The notes: generated by a model not told the origin, from the sequence alone. 64,000 bases of DNA from an uncultured Gammaproteobacteria bacterium (GCA_964490105.1 CAZAZU010000001.1:710245-774244), one strand, 5' to 3'. Positions 49,292-63,902 are shown, counted from the first letter of the stretch. Made by a program: numbers and translations.

Positions 49292-50953
49292 ATGAAATTT
49301 GATAAGGGGCTAATATTCGTTTTCTTAATTTCCTTAATTCCCCTGTTTGATTTATTTACACTGGGATTATTAGTTACTCATGACGCTTGGCTTCATGGAG
49401 GAAGACTCGCCAGTTTTTATCAAAGTCTAAGCGAGGGAATTCTTATCCCTAGGTGGGCTGGAAATCTTAATCTTGGATTTGGACACCCGATACTCATGTT
49501 TGTTTATCCGCTTCCCTCATACATCGGATCTATCCTTCATTTCCTAGGGCTTACCTACACCGATGCAATAAAAATAATGTTGGGCGGATCTTATATCTTA
49601 AGCGGAATTTTTATGTATATCTGGGTGAAAGAATTTTTAGGAAAAAATGCAGGAATAATTGCAGCAATTTTATATTTATATGCGCCATACAGATTCATAG
49701 ATCTATATGTTCGTGGGGCTTTAGGTGAACATATGGCTTTTGTTTTTCTGCCTCTTATTTTGTATGCGCTTCTTAAGCTAAATAAAATAAAAGGTAACTT
49801 AAATATTAAAGGTTATTATTTATCCTTTGTTTTCTCGGCAATCTCATTCATGCTTTTAATCCTAACCCATAATGCCGTCAGTCTTATATTTATACCTTTT
49901 ATTGTTTTTTATGCTTTATATTTATTTCTTGAAAATAAATCAAAGCTTAAATTATTCATAACATTCTCATCACTTGGATACGGAGTTTTATTGAGTTTTT
50001 TCTTTTGGTTTCCTGCGTTTATGGAAGGGAAGTATACCTTAAGAGACATAATAACTGCCGGCGAATATTCAAAGCATTTCGTAAATCCAATTTCTTTAAT
50101 TTACGGACCATGGAGCTTTGGGGGGTCAGGTATATTTACCGTTCAGATAGGAATTGTTCACATTGCATTAGTAATAGTTTCAATAATATTTTTCAAAAAA
50201 TTATTTAAAAAATCAAAGAATGAAAAAATATTTTACCTGGGGACATTAGGCTTTCTTCTGGTTAGCGTTTTTCTGATGTTAAAAGAGTCAAACTTTATTT
50301 GGCAAATTTTAACAACACTTCCGAAAATACAATTCCCGTGGAGATTTTTAACAATGATAGTATTCTCTACTTCAGTTATCGGCGCTTTATTTGTATCTAA
50401 ATTTAATAATAAATTATTAATCTTAATTATTTCGCTCGCTGCGATCATTCCCACATATTCATATTGGCATGCAAAAGAATATGATACGTCTTTTACAGAT
50501 AACTATTTTGAAAAAGTTTTTAAGGGAACCACAGATACGGGTGAGGTTTCCCCAATTTGGTCAATTAGATTCATGGAGGAGGAGGCAAAAGATGATATTG
50601 AAATAATCGATGGAGATGCCGATCTCATTAAAGTTGAGAAAAAATCAAATTATCATGAATATGTAATTAACGCAAATAAAAGAACCAGAATTCGAGAGAA
50701 TACTTTATATTTTCCGGGATGGAAAGCATATGATAACGAAATTGAAATTACAAATATAGAGTTTCAAGATCCAAAAAACAGAGGCCTTATTACATTTTAC
50801 GTAGATCCAGGACTACACAATATAGTTCTTAGATTTGAAGACACGAAGCTTAGAAAATTTGCAAATTATGTTACTGCAATTTCATTTATCGGATTAATCT
50901 TTGTACCAATACTAATCGCTAATAGCATTAGAAAAAGATTAAAGAATAAATGA
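49292..50953 (+). CDS. Polytopic membrane protein, putative GT-C-like glycosyltransferase
   Basis: 12 or more TM segments plus a C-terminal soluble domain; coupled to the downstream YfhO-like gene. Confidence 0.5.
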   Translation: MKFDKGLIFVFLISLIPLFDLFTLGLLVTHDAWLHGGRLASFYQSLSEGILIPRWAGNLNLGFGHPILMFVYPLPSYIGSILHFLGLTYTDAIKIMLGGSYILSGIFMYIWVKEFLGKNAGIIAAILYLYAPYRFIDLYVRGALGEHMAFVFLPLILYALLKLNKIKGNLNIKGYYLSFVFSAISFMLLILTHNAVSLIFIPFIVFYALYLFLENKSKLKLFITFSSLGYGVLLSFFFWFPAFMEGKYTLRDIITAGEYSKHFVNPISLIYGPWSFGGSGIFTVQIGIVHIALVIVSIIFFKKLFKKSKNEKIFYLGTLGFLLVSVFLMLKESNFIWQILTTLPKIQFPWRFLTMIVFSTSVIGALFVSKFNNKLLILIISLAAIIPTYSYWHAKEYDTSFTDNYFEKVFKGTTDTGEVSPIWSIRFMEEEAKDDIEIIDGDADLIKVEKKSNYHEYVINANKRTRIRENTLYFPGWKAYDNEIEITNIEFQDPKNRGLITFYVDPGLHNIVLRFEDTKLRKFANYVTAISFIGLIFVPILIANSIRKRLKNK

Positions 50954-53343
50954 TAAAAAGAATATTTCCAATTTTTATAATTTTTTTTGTATGGCTTATT
51001 TTTTCAAAGCCATTTTTTTTAGAGAATAAAATTCCTTACCCCACTTCTTATCAATTAAATTCGCTTTCGCTTTGGAACAATAACGAAAGCTACCTAGGTC
51101 CTATAAAAAATCCAGCTATGCCAGATGTCGTTACCCAAATTATGCCATGGCGCTATTTAACAATTGAGTCATGGAAAAATCTAACAATACCACTATGGAA
51201 TCCATACAGCTTTTCAGGAACACCACACTTAGCCAATTATCAATCTGCTGCATTTTCTATTACTAATTTATTCTTCTTCATATTTAATTTTAATAATGCA
51301 TGGGGATTAGCCGTTCTAATCCAACCGCTTCTTGCTGGAATTTTTATGTACCTTTTTATAAGAAGCTTAAAGCTTAGTCAAGCTGCTGGCATAGTTGCTT
51401 CGATATCGTTTATGTTTTCCGGTTTTATAACGACATGGATGAGCTGGACAACGCTATCGCTTGCAATTTCTTTTCTTCCACTTGCGCTTTACTCCTTAGA
51501 AAAATATTTCGAAATAAAAAAAGCAGCTTACCTCTTGATCTTATTTATTTCAATTCCGCTTTCCTTTTTTAGTGGACATTTTCAGATTAGCTTATATTTT
51601 TTAATTTTCGTAATTTTATTTTTATTCTTTAAACTAATAGAAACAAAAAACAAAAGTGCTTTTATTGGTTCACTTATATTTTTAATATTAGGTACTTTAT
51701 CTGCGAGCATACAGCTGATTCCCTCAATTGAACTTTACCAAAACGCCTCTAGAAGCTTAATATTTGAAAAAATAAACGCTATCCCTTTTTATCATCTCTC
51801 AACAATTATCTCTCCTGATTTTTACGGAAATCCAGTCACTCGAAATAATCTTTTCGGTCATTACATAGAATGGAACATGTTCACCGGAGTAGTTACTTTT
51901 TTCCTTTCACTTTATGCAATATCCATAAGATCGAAAAAAATAATATTTTTTATTTTTATGGCTATTCTATCCCTAAGCTTTTCACTTAATACACCTATTC
52001 TCGACGCATTAATAAATCTAAAAATTCCAGTTCTTTCAACATCATCACTCAGTAGAATTCTATGCATTTTTAGCTTTTCAATCTCAATTCTCGCAGCATA
52101 TGGAATAGATAAAATAAAAAAAGATTTAGAATATAAGAAATATAAATTAATAATATTTTGGATAATTTCAATTTTAGTTTTAATATCTATATTATGGATA
52201 TACATATTAGGAAAGTTTATTAACCCAGACTTCACGTTAATAGCAAAAAGAAATTTAATCCTACCCTCAATCCTATCATTTGGCCTAATATTTTCAGTTT
52301 TAATTGGAATAAAAAAAGAATTAATTAAGATCGGCATCTTAATAGTAATTTTTATTACTATATTTGACATGCTGAGATTTTCTACCAAATGGCAACCGTT
52401 TGAATCCAAGGAACTAGCTTATGCAGAAACACCAATTATTGAGGAGATTGGTAAATTAGATAAAAATTATAGAATTTTTACTCCATTCGGAGAAGAGGGA
52501 AGTGTTTATTTTAATTTTCAATCAACTGGAGGATACGATCCGCTCTACATAAAACGATATGGTGAATTCTCAAAGTCACTTAGCGAAGGCACGCTTATTA
52601 ACGCTGATCGACTTGGAGCATATTTACCAAGGGAAGGAAAATATTTTCCAAAAATAATTGACGTATTAGGTATTAAATATGTACTTCAGAAAAAATCAGA
52701 CATTGGAAAATCTTGGGCATTTAATTTTAACAACTACCCAAAAAATAAATTTAAATTAATTTATGAAGACAATGATTTTCAAATCTACAAAAACCTTGAA
52801 GCACTGCCTAAAGCTTACCTAGTAGGGGATTATACAGTTGAAGACAATAATCAGGAAATATTAAATAAAATTTATTCTGATGAATTTGATTTAAAGAACT
52901 CTGTAGTTGTAGAAAAAGATCCTGGAATAAAAATAGGGGGAGGGGATACGGGAGACATAAAAAATATTAATTATTCATCAAATAAAATTTCACTGATCAC
53001 TAACTCTTCTAATAATTCACTATTAATTATTCCTGATAATTATTATCCCGGATGGATCGCGAAAATTAACGGAAAAGAGTCAGAAATTATTAGGGCAAAT
53101 TATACTTTCAGAGCAATAGCAATTCCAGCTGGAAAAAATAATATAGAGATAATTTATGCGCCTTTATCATTTAAGGTAGGTGCTCTTATTTCTTTTGCAT
53201 CCATTTCTACAGCAATCTTAATATTAATAATTAAGTGGTATAATCTACATGCATGGATCCTAGACAAATTAAAGACTGCGAAGCTTGCTACAAAATCATC
53301 TGTAAAAAATGTAAGTGGGAAGCAGATAAAGAGGAAACGCTAA
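50950..53343 (+). CDS. YfhO-family membrane protein (putative glycosyltransferase for wall-polymer/protein glycosylation)
   Basis: 797 aa, TM-rich N-terminal two-thirds and a C-terminal globular domain. The N-terminal region (WNPYSFSGTPHLANYQSA) resembles YfhO. Confidence 0.55.
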   Translation: MIKRIFPIFIIFFVWLIFSKPFFLENKIPYPTSYQLNSLSLWNNNESYLGPIKNPAMPDVVTQIMPWRYLTIESWKNLTIPLWNPYSFSGTPHLANYQSAAFSITNLFFFIFNFNNAWGLAVLIQPLLAGIFMYLFIRSLKLSQAAGIVASISFMFSGFITTWMSWTTLSLAISFLPLALYSLEKYFEIKKAAYLLILFISIPLSFFSGHFQISLYFLIFVILFLFFKLIETKNKSAFIGSLIFLILGTLSASIQLIPSIELYQNASRSLIFEKINAIPFYHLSTIISPDFYGNPVTRNNLFGHYIEWNMFTGVVTFFLSLYAISIRSKKIIFFIFMAILSLSFSLNTPILDALINLKIPVLSTSSLSRILCIFSFSISILAAYGIDKIKKDLEYKKYKLIIFWIISILVLISILWIYILGKFINPDFTLIAKRNLILPSILSFGLIFSVLIGIKKELIKIGILIVIFITIFDMLRFSTKWQPFESKELAYAETPIIEEIGKLDKNYRIFTPFGEEGSVYFNFQSTGGYDPLYIKRYGEFSKSLSEGTLINADRLGAYLPREGKYFPKIIDVLGIKYVLQKKSDIGKSWAFNFNNYPKNKFKLIYEDNDFQIYKNLEALPKAYLVGDYTVEDNNQEILNKIYSDEFDLKNSVVVEKDPGIKIGGGDTGDIKNINYSSNKISLITNSSNNSLLIIPDNYYPGWIAKINGKESEIIRANYTFRAIAIPAGKNNIEIIYAPLSFKVGALISFASISTAILILIIKWYNLHAWILDKLKTAKLATKSSVKNVSGKQIKRKR

Positions 53344-53403
53344 AAATTAAAAAAGGAGTTTTAAAAAATTGCCCAGAATGCTACTGGAGTCCAAATAATT
53401 AAT

Positions 53404-53979
53404 ATGAGTAAAGCACGTGAAAGAGGAAGCATGCATGTTCCATCTTCGGAGACTCCGAAAGAACATCAGGGCGCACATTATTCCCCGAAAAAAAAAGCAT
53501 TAACTACTCTAAGCGATGCCCAAGTTGAACAAGAATTATTAGCCTCATTTGGCATTACACCACCGATAGACTCACCCAATTTAGCGAATGGAGACAGCTT
53601 TCCAAATAAACCAACCCCTCCTGTTTTTGGAGTTGACAGAGAGCCGCAAACAGAACAGCCTAGATATCTAACCGTTGGCATTGGAACATGGCTCTACGAT
53701 TCACCTCGCTGGGATAAAAGAAGAATCAGACTGGGAAGAGCAGACAAACCAACGCCTGGGATAGTCGTCCAAGAAGTTGAGGACCCAAGAGATTCTCACA
53801 GACCAGAAGGTCACAGACGTAAATCAATACAAATGGAGCACTCATGGATCGGTCAAGATAAACAAAGACATACTAATAGATTCTGGGTTAATGTAAAAAG
53901 AGGGGGCTTCGAAGGAATGCCCGCAAAGGGAATTTCTCGGCCTACACTTGGTCTCACCAAACAAACGAAAACTCCTTAA
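53404..53979 (+). CDS. ORFan in a sharply GC-elevated (about 50%) segment; coding status doubtful
   Basis: 191-aa ORF rich in P/R/G/Q and predicted disordered; composition unlike all neighbours. Confidence 0.3.
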   Translation: MSKARERGSMHVPSSETPKEHQGAHYSPKKKALTTLSDAQVEQELLASFGITPPIDSPNLANGDSFPNKPTPPVFGVDREPQTEQPRYLTVGIGTWLYDSPRWDKRRIRLGRADKPTPGIVVQEVEDPRDSHRPEGHRRKSIQMEHSWIGQDKQRHTNRFWVNVKRGGFEGMPAKGISRPTLGLTKQTKTP

Positions 53980-54322
53980 ACCTAAAAATCCACTTAGACC
54001 ATCGGGAAGCTGTAAAGCTTAATTCACACAAAAATTTATTAAAATTTAGAAAATTTAATTGAAATTTCGTAAACCTCACAACATCACACCTCTTCTCCGG
54101 AATATCATTGTGCGACGTGATATATTTGTGAAAATAACCCGTGAAATTTTATTAATTTTAAAATTCTTTTTAGGTAAATTAAATTATCTTGACACATAAC
54201 CCGCCAGTATCCCCTGCTCTAAATCACAAAATTAAGATCTAATAAAAGCCTGGATTCCCTACTAACTCACTGAATATGCTTAGAGGCCTATAAAAATTTA
54301 AGTTCATGAGAGGATTTTGATT

Positions 54323-55423
54323 TTAACCAAGGTAGTCTTTTAATTTATTCCCTCGAGAAGGATGTCGGAGTTTTCTCAAGGATTTTGCTTCGATTTGTCT
54401 AATTCTCTCTCGTGTTACAGCAAACATTTTTCCAACTTCTTCAAGAGTTTTTGGTCTTCCATCTTTAAGCCCAAATCTTTCTTCAAGAACTCTTCTTTCT
54501 CTGTCTGACAAAGTACCCAGAACCTGATCAACCTGCTCCTTCAAGAGCTCACGACTTGCTGAATCAAATAGAGTTGGTGCAGCTGAGTCATGAATGAAAT
54601 CTCCAAGACGTGAATCCTCTTCATCACTAACCGGGGACTCAAGGCTTGCTGGCTCTTGGGAAATTTTTATTATTTCAAGTGCTTTTTCAGGATCAATGTC
54701 GAGTACTTTTGCAACTTCCTCTGGCGTTGGTTCACGTCCTAATTCTTGCATTAATTTTCTAGAAGCTCTTAAAAATCTGTTTATGTTTTCAACCATGTGA
54801 ACCGGAATCCTAATGGTTCTTGCTTGATCTGCAATAGCGCGAGTTATTGATTGACGAATCCACCAGGTTGCATATGTCGAAAATTTAAATCCTCTTCTCC
54901 AATCATATTTTTCTACTGCACGAATTAGTCCCTGATTTCCCTCCTGAATTAAATCAAGAAGAGTGAGTCCTCGACCTACATATTTTTTTGCAATTGAAAC
55001 AACTAGACGAAGATTTGAATTAACTAATATTTTTTTTGCCTCTTCATCCCCCTTCTCTACCCTTTTAGCTAAAACTATTTCCTGATCAAAATTTAAAAGC
55101 GGAATTCTGCCGATTTCCTTCAAATACATTCTGACTGGATCACTCACTGTCCCCTCTGTTAAAACGGTTAACGCCTCTAGTTCCTTTTCAAGATCTTCAA
55201 TTGGCTTTTCACCATCTTGAGTTTCCGCAACTGATTCAAAAACATCGATATCAGCTTTTATCAATTTGTCATAAAGAGAGTCCAAATCTTCTATGTGCTC
55301 CTCCGGTTTTGGGAACATAGAAAGGATCTCTTCTTGCGTTATGTATCCGCGTTTTTTTGCAGAATCAACTATATCAGCTAAGATGTTGGGGGCGGTTTTT
55401 GCCATACTACTATATTCTACCAC
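54323..55423 (-). CDS. rpoD: RNA polymerase primary sigma factor (sigma-70)
   Basis: Regions 1.2-4 present; [17 protein letters not shown] (region 2) and a region 4 HTH. Confidence 0.93.
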   Translation of the reverse strand: MVEYSSMAKTAPNILADIVDSAKKRGYITQEEILSMFPKPEEHIEDLDSLYDKLIKADIDVFESVAETQDGEKPIEDLEKELEALTVLTEGTVSDPVRMYLKEIGRIPLLNFDQEIVLAKRVEKGDEEAKKILVNSNLRLVVSIAKKYVGRGLTLLDLIQEGNQGLIRAVEKYDWRRGFKFSTYATWWIRQSITRAIADQARTIRIPVHMVENINRFLRASRKLMQELGREPTPEEVAKVLDIDPEKALEIIKISQEPASLESPVSDEEDSRLGDFIHDSAAPTLFDSASRELLKEQVDQVLGTLSDRERRVLEERFGLKDGRPKTLEEVGKMFAVTRERIRQIEAKSLRKLRHPSRGNKLKDYLG

Positions 55424-55443
55424 AAATTGAGCTCAATTTAAAC

Positions 55444-57192
55444 CTAAGAGGAAACAATTTGAGATGTAATACTTGCGATTTCTTCTTTAATTTTTTCAAT
55501 TTCATCTTCGTTCTCTTCTTTTCCTTTCAAATCACGGCTAATCTGCTTTATTCTTTCCTTAAGTTGAATAAGTTTTAATTCTTTTGAAACCCTAACTATC
55601 TCTTCCTCATATTTAACATTATCTTCAAATTTCGGAAGCGGCATCAAGAAACATTTATCAAAAACTGGAAGCAATTCATTTGATAAATTTTTTGACGCAG
55701 ATTTTAAATCAAAATCTTTTACATTTATGACTGATAAAATTTCAGCAAATATTTTTCCAACTGCAGGAAGATAAAATTCATATTTATTTAAAATATCTTT
55801 AACTTTAATTAACATTTGTTTAGGCTCCAAACTCTGAACAACAAGTCCTAAAAGATATTCTTCAAGTAATTCATGTCTGTCCTGTTTTTGGTTTTTTTGA
55901 ATTATTTTTTCGTCTTTATCGGGAGCTTTATTTTCAATTTGTTTTAACAAAGAATCATAAGAAGTACTGATCGCTTCGCTTAATTTTTTCAAATAATGTT
56001 CTTTTATAATTTCATTTTGAATTTTTGAAATCAAGGGAAGCATTTCATCTCCAATTTTTTTCTTACCTATTGCAGAATCAGGATCATTTTCTGAAACAAA
56101 TTTATTGAGTAAGAAATCATAAATTTCCCTATCTTCCCTAACTGCCTTTTTAAATCCTATTGGATTATTTTTAAGCGCCTCATCTGGATCTTTTTCATCC
56201 GGAATAATTACGGTTATCGATAATCCTCTTTTTTCTAAAACCGGAATACTTCTTTTCATGGCCTCGATTCCCGCACTATCCTGATCAAGACAAAGAGAAA
56301 CTTTAGGCGCAAATCTTGAAAGAAGTATTGCCTGATCTTCAGTTAAAGCAGTTCCTTTTAGGGCGACAGCATTGGTAATTCCTTCTTTGTATGCAGTTAT
56401 TACATCAAACTCCCCCTCCATTACAATTGTAAATTCCTCTTTTTTTATTGAATCTTTTGCCAGATTAAATCCAAAAAACATACTTCCTTTGTGGTAAACC
56501 AGGGTATCCCTAGTATTTATGTATTTGGGCCCAAAATCTGAGTCTAAAATTTTTCTTCCGGAAAAACCGGAAATATTTCCCCTATGATCAATTAACGGAA
56601 AAATAATTCTACCTCTAAAAAAATCAATCACCCTATTCCCTTTTTGAATTCCCAACCCTGCCTCTACTAAGTCTGCAATTTTATATTTTTTTTTATTTAG
56701 TAAATATTTCGAAAGGTCCTCCCCCCTACCGGGCGCAAATCCAATGTTAAATGTTTTAATTAGTTTTTCATTCATTCCTCTTTTTTTTATCAGGTATTCA
56801 AGCGCTCTCTCTCCCGCAGGGTGCTTTGTTAAAACGAAATGATAATAATCTGCTGCAATCTTATTCAATGAATAAATTGCTTCTTTTCTTGATGAAGCAA
56901 ATGAATTTCCAGTTATTTTTAAAGTAACTCCTGCTTTTTTTGCAAGAATTCTAAGAGACTCAACAAATTCTAAATTTTCATAATCCATTAAAAATGAAAA
57001 TGCATCTCCCCCTTTTCCACATCCAAAACAATGCCAGATTTGTCTCTCTGGACTAACTACAAATGAAGATGAATTTTCAGTGTGAAAAGGACAGACTGTT
57101 GTAAAATTTCTCCCCATTTTTTTAAGAGGAAGATACTCGGAAATAAGCGACACTATATCAATTTTTTCTTTTACTTGAGAGGCTTGGTCCAT
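55444..57192 (-). CDS. dnaG: DNA primase
   Basis: CPFHTENSSSFVVSPERQIWHCFGCGKGGD zinc finger, then TOPRIM domain. Confidence 0.92.
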   Translation of the reverse strand: MDQASQVKEKIDIVSLISEYLPLKKMGRNFTTVCPFHTENSSSFVVSPERQIWHCFGCGKGGDAFSFLMDYENLEFVESLRILAKKAGVTLKITGNSFASSRKEAIYSLNKIAADYYHFVLTKHPAGERALEYLIKKRGMNEKLIKTFNIGFAPGRGEDLSKYLLNKKKYKIADLVEAGLGIQKGNRVIDFFRGRIIFPLIDHRGNISGFSGRKILDSDFGPKYINTRDTLVYHKGSMFFGFNLAKDSIKKEEFTIVMEGEFDVITAYKEGITNAVALKGTALTEDQAILLSRFAPKVSLCLDQDSAGIEAMKRSIPVLEKRGLSITVIIPDEKDPDEALKNNPIGFKKAVREDREIYDFLLNKFVSENDPDSAIGKKKIGDEMLPLISKIQNEIIKEHYLKKLSEAISTSYDSLLKQIENKAPDKDEKIIQKNQKQDRHELLEEYLLGLVVQSLEPKQMLIKVKDILNKYEFYLPAVGKIFAEILSVINVKDFDLKSASKNLSNELLPVFDKCFLMPLPKFEDNVKYEEEIVRVSKELKLIQLKERIKQISRDLKGKEENEDEIEKIKEEIASITSQIVSS

Positions 57193-57244
57193 AGGACCTC
57201 AATTGTACCACTTGATCCTTGCAAGTGCGAGGTATCTGTATTAA

Positions 57245-59858
<2,614 letters not shown>

Positions 59859-59875
59859 AGTGTTATTATAATTGT

Positions 59876-61402
59876 ATGCTTGCCAAGGTTAATTCCGCAG
59901 CATTAATTGGCCTAAATGCAGTTCCTGTTGAAGTGGAAGTGGATATCGCTTCCCAAGGTCTCCCCTCTTTTACAATCGTAGGGCTTCCTGATAAAGCAGT
60001 AGAGGAAGCAAAAGAAAGAGTCAGAAGTGCATTAAAAAACACAGGAGCTGAATTTCCCGCAAAGAGAATTACGGTTAATCTTGCCCCAGCTGATCTTCCA
60101 AAAGAAGGTCCTACTTATGATCTACCTATTGCGCTCGGAATACTACTGGCAAGCGAACAAGTTAAAACTGACATTTCAAATTTTCTATTCATGGGAGAAT
60201 TATCCCTTGAAGGAAAACTAAGACATACTGGAGGAGCCTTACCAAAAGCAATTCTCGCAAAAGAAAAAAAATATTCCGCGCTTTTCCTGCCATTTGAAAA
60301 CGCGAGAGAAGCAGCCATCATAAAAGGGCTCGATGTAATCCCCTTGAGCTCCCTACATGAACTTCTTAATCATTTAACTCAAGCAATTATTATTAAAAAA
60401 CAAAAACCTACACTTATTGATCAGATATCCGAAGACGATTTTGAATTCGACATGAAAGATATTAAAGGCCAGGAGCAAGCAAAGAGAGCTATGGAAATTT
60501 CAGCTGCTGGCGGACACAATATCTTACTTAAGGGACCACCTGGCGCAGGGAAAACATTACTTGCCAGAACTATGCCATCGATTTTGCCAAAACCCACTTT
60601 TGATGAAGCAATAGAAATCACAAAAATTTATAGTATTTCAGGTTTACTCGATAAAGAATCTTTAGTGATCAAGCGTCCTTTTCGCTCTCCCCATCACACA
60701 ACTTCACATATTGGTCTCATTGGAGGGGGTAATATTCCAAAACCGGGTGAAATTTCCCTGGCACACCGAGGAGTTTTATTTCTGGATGAATTTCCAGAAT
60801 TTCCTCGTCATGTTTTGGAGGCGCTAAGACAACCCATGGAAGATGGCTTCGTTACTATTTCAAGAGCATCAGGAAGAATCACCTTCCCTGCAAAATTTAT
60901 GATGGTAGCTGCCCAAAATCCTTGTCCATGCGGATACTTAGGAGACCCAAGTCACGAATGCAAATGCGGGGCTTCTGAAATATTAAGGTACCAGAAAAAG
61001 ATTTCAGGCCCTATGTTAGACCGAATTGATGTACATTTAGATGTACCAGCCGTAAAAGTAGAAAAATTAACTGAGCAAAAAATGGGCACTGGACATACAT
61101 CCAAAGAAATTAGGAAAAAAGTACAAATGGCCCGCGATATTCAAACAAGAAGATTTAAAAAAGATAAAATTATCTCAAATTCTGAGATGAACAGTAAGTT
61201 AATAAAAAAATATTGCGAACTTTCCAGCGAGTCATTGGAAATTTTAAAAATGGCAGTAAATAAATTAAATCTTTCAGCAAGGTCTTATAATAAAATTCTT
61301 AAAGTTTCTCGTACAATAGCAGACCTTGAAAAAGAAACAAAAATAAAACCAAACCATATTGCAGAGGCTCTCCAATATAGACCAAAAACTGATAATATAT
61401 AA
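59876..61402 (+). CDS. YifB/ComM Mg-chelatase-like AAA+ ATPase
   Basis: N-terminal Lon-SSD-like domain, GPPGAGKT Walker A, then C-terminal ChlI-like domain. Confidence 0.85.
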   Translation: MLAKVNSAALIGLNAVPVEVEVDIASQGLPSFTIVGLPDKAVEEAKERVRSALKNTGAEFPAKRITVNLAPADLPKEGPTYDLPIALGILLASEQVKTDISNFLFMGELSLEGKLRHTGGALPKAILAKEKKYSALFLPFENAREAAIIKGLDVIPLSSLHELLNHLTQAIIIKKQKPTLIDQISEDDFEFDMKDIKGQEQAKRAMEISAAGGHNILLKGPPGAGKTLLARTMPSILPKPTFDEAIEITKIYSISGLLDKESLVIKRPFRSPHHTTSHIGLIGGGNIPKPGEISLAHRGVLFLDEFPEFPRHVLEALRQPMEDGFVTISRASGRITFPAKFMMVAAQNPCPCGYLGDPSHECKCGASEILRYQKKISGPMLDRIDVHLDVPAVKVEKLTEQKMGTGHTSKEIRKKVQMARDIQTRRFKKDKIISNSEMNSKLIKKYCELSSESLEILKMAVNKLNLSARSYNKILKVSRTIADLEKETKIKPNHIAEALQYRPKTDNI

Positions 61403-62297
61403 AGTATTGGAAAATCAATTTTCGGCAAATCAAAGCTCAAGTTACTTTAAGAGACGCATTGCTGCAATTTTAGTTTTTGCGGTATTTTTTATAATGCTTG
61501 GCCGCCATCTCACTTTTCTTCCTGTTATAAATTTATCTAGAGAGACTAAGGAAACTGATCTAAAAAAAGAAATTGCGCAAATTACAAAAGACAAAAAAGG
61601 ATTTTATTCATATTATTTTAAAGATTTAAAAAGCGACAATTCACTTGGCGTTTCTCAGGACCAAATAGAAACAGGGGCGTCAGTCAATAAGCTCCCGATA
61701 ATTGCGGCGCTATATTATTTAGATAATCAAGGAAAGATTGACCTAGATGACCGAGTCACAATTCAAAAAGATGATGTTCAAGATTATGGAACAGGATCCA
61801 TCCGCTATCAAGAAATGCCGCAAACCTATTCCTTGAAAAATCTTGCAAAACTCGCTCTTAAAAACTCAGATAATACGGCTGCTCACGTAATTTCCATCAC
61901 AGTTGGCGAAGATAAAGTCCAGGATTTAGTTGACTCATGGGAAATGACGCAAACAGATATGGTGAATAATAAAACAACAGCATATGACATGGGCCTTTTA
62001 TTTCAAAGAATTTATGATGGAAAAATTACCACTCCGGCAAAAACCAAAGAACTTTTAGGATTTATGACAGACACAGACTTTGAGGATAGACTTACAAAAG
62101 GACTAACAAAGGACGCAAAAATCTATCACAAAACCGGAGATGGAGAGGGGTTTGTTCATGATGTAGGAATAATTGAAACTGAAAAAAACGCTTACTATTT
62201 AGGAGTTATGACCTCAGATATAGGAGAGGATGAACAAGAAACTAAAAATACAATTGCCGAAATCTCAAAGAAAATTTTTGAGAGCGTAAATAATTAA
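61359..62297 (+). CDS. Class-A beta-lactamase-fold serine hydrolase, second paralog, membrane-anchored
   Basis: SVNK (SxxK), SDN and KTG motifs; N-terminal TM ([14 protein letters not shown]). Overlaps yifB by 44 nt, so the start is uncertain. Confidence 0.6.
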   Translation: MQRLSNIDQKLIIYKVLENQFSANQSSSYFKRRIAAILVFAVFFIMLGRHLTFLPVINLSRETKETDLKKEIAQITKDKKGFYSYYFKDLKSDNSLGVSQDQIETGASVNKLPIIAALYYLDNQGKIDLDDRVTIQKDDVQDYGTGSIRYQEMPQTYSLKNLAKLALKNSDNTAAHVISITVGEDKVQDLVDSWEMTQTDMVNNKTTAYDMGLLFQRIYDGKITTPAKTKELLGFMTDTDFEDRLTKGLTKDAKIYHKTGDGEGFVHDVGIIETEKNAYYLGVMTSDIGEDEQETKNTIAEISKKIFESVNN

Positions 62298-63331
62298 AGA
62301 AGTTTTTGTTGGGACTTTGTTTTCCCCTGATCATCAAATGGCAAACCTAAATGCTCGTAGGCAATTTTTGTCGCCATTCTTCCCCGAGGACTTCTTTTTA
62401 TAAAACCTATTTGCATTAAATATGGCTCCACTACATCTTCAATTGTCGAAATATCTTCAGAAATAGTTGAGGCCATGGTTTCAACCCCAACTGGTCCCCC
62501 GCTATGTTTTTCAATTAACGCTTTTAAATATCTTATGTCATTATTATCAAGTCCTAACGAATCAACTTCTAACATCTTTAATGATTCACGTGTAATATCT
62601 TTATTTATTTTTCCATCTCCGTGGACCTCTGCATAATCTCTAACTCTTTTTAAAAGCTTTAAAGCGATCCTGGGTGTTCCCCTGGCTCTTACTGAAATTT
62701 CCTTTATAGAGTCAAGATCTACTTCAGTTTTTAACTTTTCAGCACCTCGTCTAATAATTTCTTCAAGTTCAACTGGCGTATAAAAGTTAAGACGATGCAC
62801 AACTCCAAACCTATCCCTTAAAGGTGCGCTTAACAAACCAATTCTTGTAGTTGCGCCAATTATCGTAAACTGAGGCAAATCTAACCTAAGTGTTCTCGCG
62901 CTAGGCCCCTTGCCAATCACTATATCTAAGGCATAATCTTCCATAGCTGGATATAATGTTTCTTCAACCAATTTATTTAACCTATGAATTTCGTCTATAA
63001 ATAAAACATCTCCTTTTTCTAGATTTGTTAAAATTGAAGCCAGATCCCCAGCGCGCTCAATCGCCGGACCGCTTGTAACCTTAATGTTTACATTCATTTC
63101 TCTCGCAATCAAATGCGATATCGTGGTTTTTCCCAGCCCAGGTGGTCCGTACAAGAGCACATGTTCTATCGGCTCTTTCCTTTTTTTTGCTGCTGAAATT
63201 GCTATCTGAAGTGATTTTTTTAAATTGCTTTGTCCAAAAAACTCAGTCCATTCTTTTGCGCGTAGTGATACAAATAAAACCTCTTCTTCAGGACTAACTT
63301 TTTCTTCTTTTTCTTTTTTTTGCTTACTCAT
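62294..63331 (-). CDS. ruvB: Holliday junction branch-migration ATPase RuvB
   Basis: [12 protein letters not shown] Walker A and C-terminal winged helix. Confidence 0.95.
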   Translation of the reverse strand: MSKQKKEKEEKVSPEEEVLFVSLRAKEWTEFFGQSNLKKSLQIAISAAKKRKEPIEHVLLYGPPGLGKTTISHLIAREMNVNIKVTSGPAIERAGDLASILTNLEKGDVLFIDEIHRLNKLVEETLYPAMEDYALDIVIGKGPSARTLRLDLPQFTIIGATTRIGLLSAPLRDRFGVVHRLNFYTPVELEEIIRRGAEKLKTEVDLDSIKEISVRARGTPRIALKLLKRVRDYAEVHGDGKINKDITRESLKMLEVDSLGLDNNDIRYLKALIEKHSGGPVGVETMASTISEDISTIEDVVEPYLMQIGFIKRSPRGRMATKIAYEHLGLPFDDQGKTKSQQKLL

Positions 63332-63332
63332 G

Positions 63333-63902
63333 CTATTTTCCTAAATACTTCAATGCAAATTTTATTTTTTCCTCAGCGGTTTTTGCTTCTTTATCAATAT
63401 TTTTGAGCGCTTCCCCCGCCTCTTTGGTCGAAAAACCAAATGTCTTAAGAGCTAAAATTATTTCGTTATTTTCCGAAGAATCCGTATCGGACAAATCGAT
63501 AATGCTATCATCTCCAAGCTTATTCTTAAGCTCAATTATAATTTTCTGAGCATTTTTCTTACCCAAACGTGGCACTTGTGTAAAAAACTCCACGTCCCCC
63601 TTTAGAACTGCTTCAACCACCCCACTCCTGTCTGCAAATGAGAAAATTGACATCGCGGTTTTTGGTCCAACACCCGAAACGCTAATTAAAAGCTCAAATA
63701 ATTTAAGGTCTGCAATTTCAGAGAATCCAAAAAGATCTAATGCATCTTCTCTAACATGAGTATATATAAAAAGCATAACTTCATTTTTGTTTTCTGACAA
63801 AACCTTTGAAGACACTAAAACCCTATATCCCACGCCACCCGCTTCTACCAATAAATAATTTCCGTCTTTTAAGATAACTTTTCCTCTAACTGAACCGATC
63901 AT
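63333..63902 (-). CDS. ruvA: Holliday junction DNA helicase RuvA
   Basis: MIGSVRGKV...GVGYRV N-terminal OB domain and HhH motifs. Confidence 0.9.
   Translation of the reverse strand: MIGSVRGKVILKDGNYLLVEAGGVGYRVLVSSKVLSENKNEVMLFIYTHVREDALDLFGFSEIADLKLFELLISVSGVGPKTAMSIFSFADRSGVVEAVLKGDVEFFTQVPRLGKKNAQKIIIELKNKLGDDSIIDLSDTDSSENNEIILALKTFGFSTKEAGEALKNIDKEAKTAEEKIKFALKYLGK

Noticed and set aside
51912-52409. 165-aa minus-strand ORF
   Set aside because: Antisense to the YfhO-like gene; an AT-rich codon artefact (I/K/N-rich).
6649-54201. Recurrence of cttgacacataa at 6648 and 54189
   Set aside because: A 12-nt match containing a generic -35 hexamer; most likely coincidence in AT-rich DNA, with no second shared flank.
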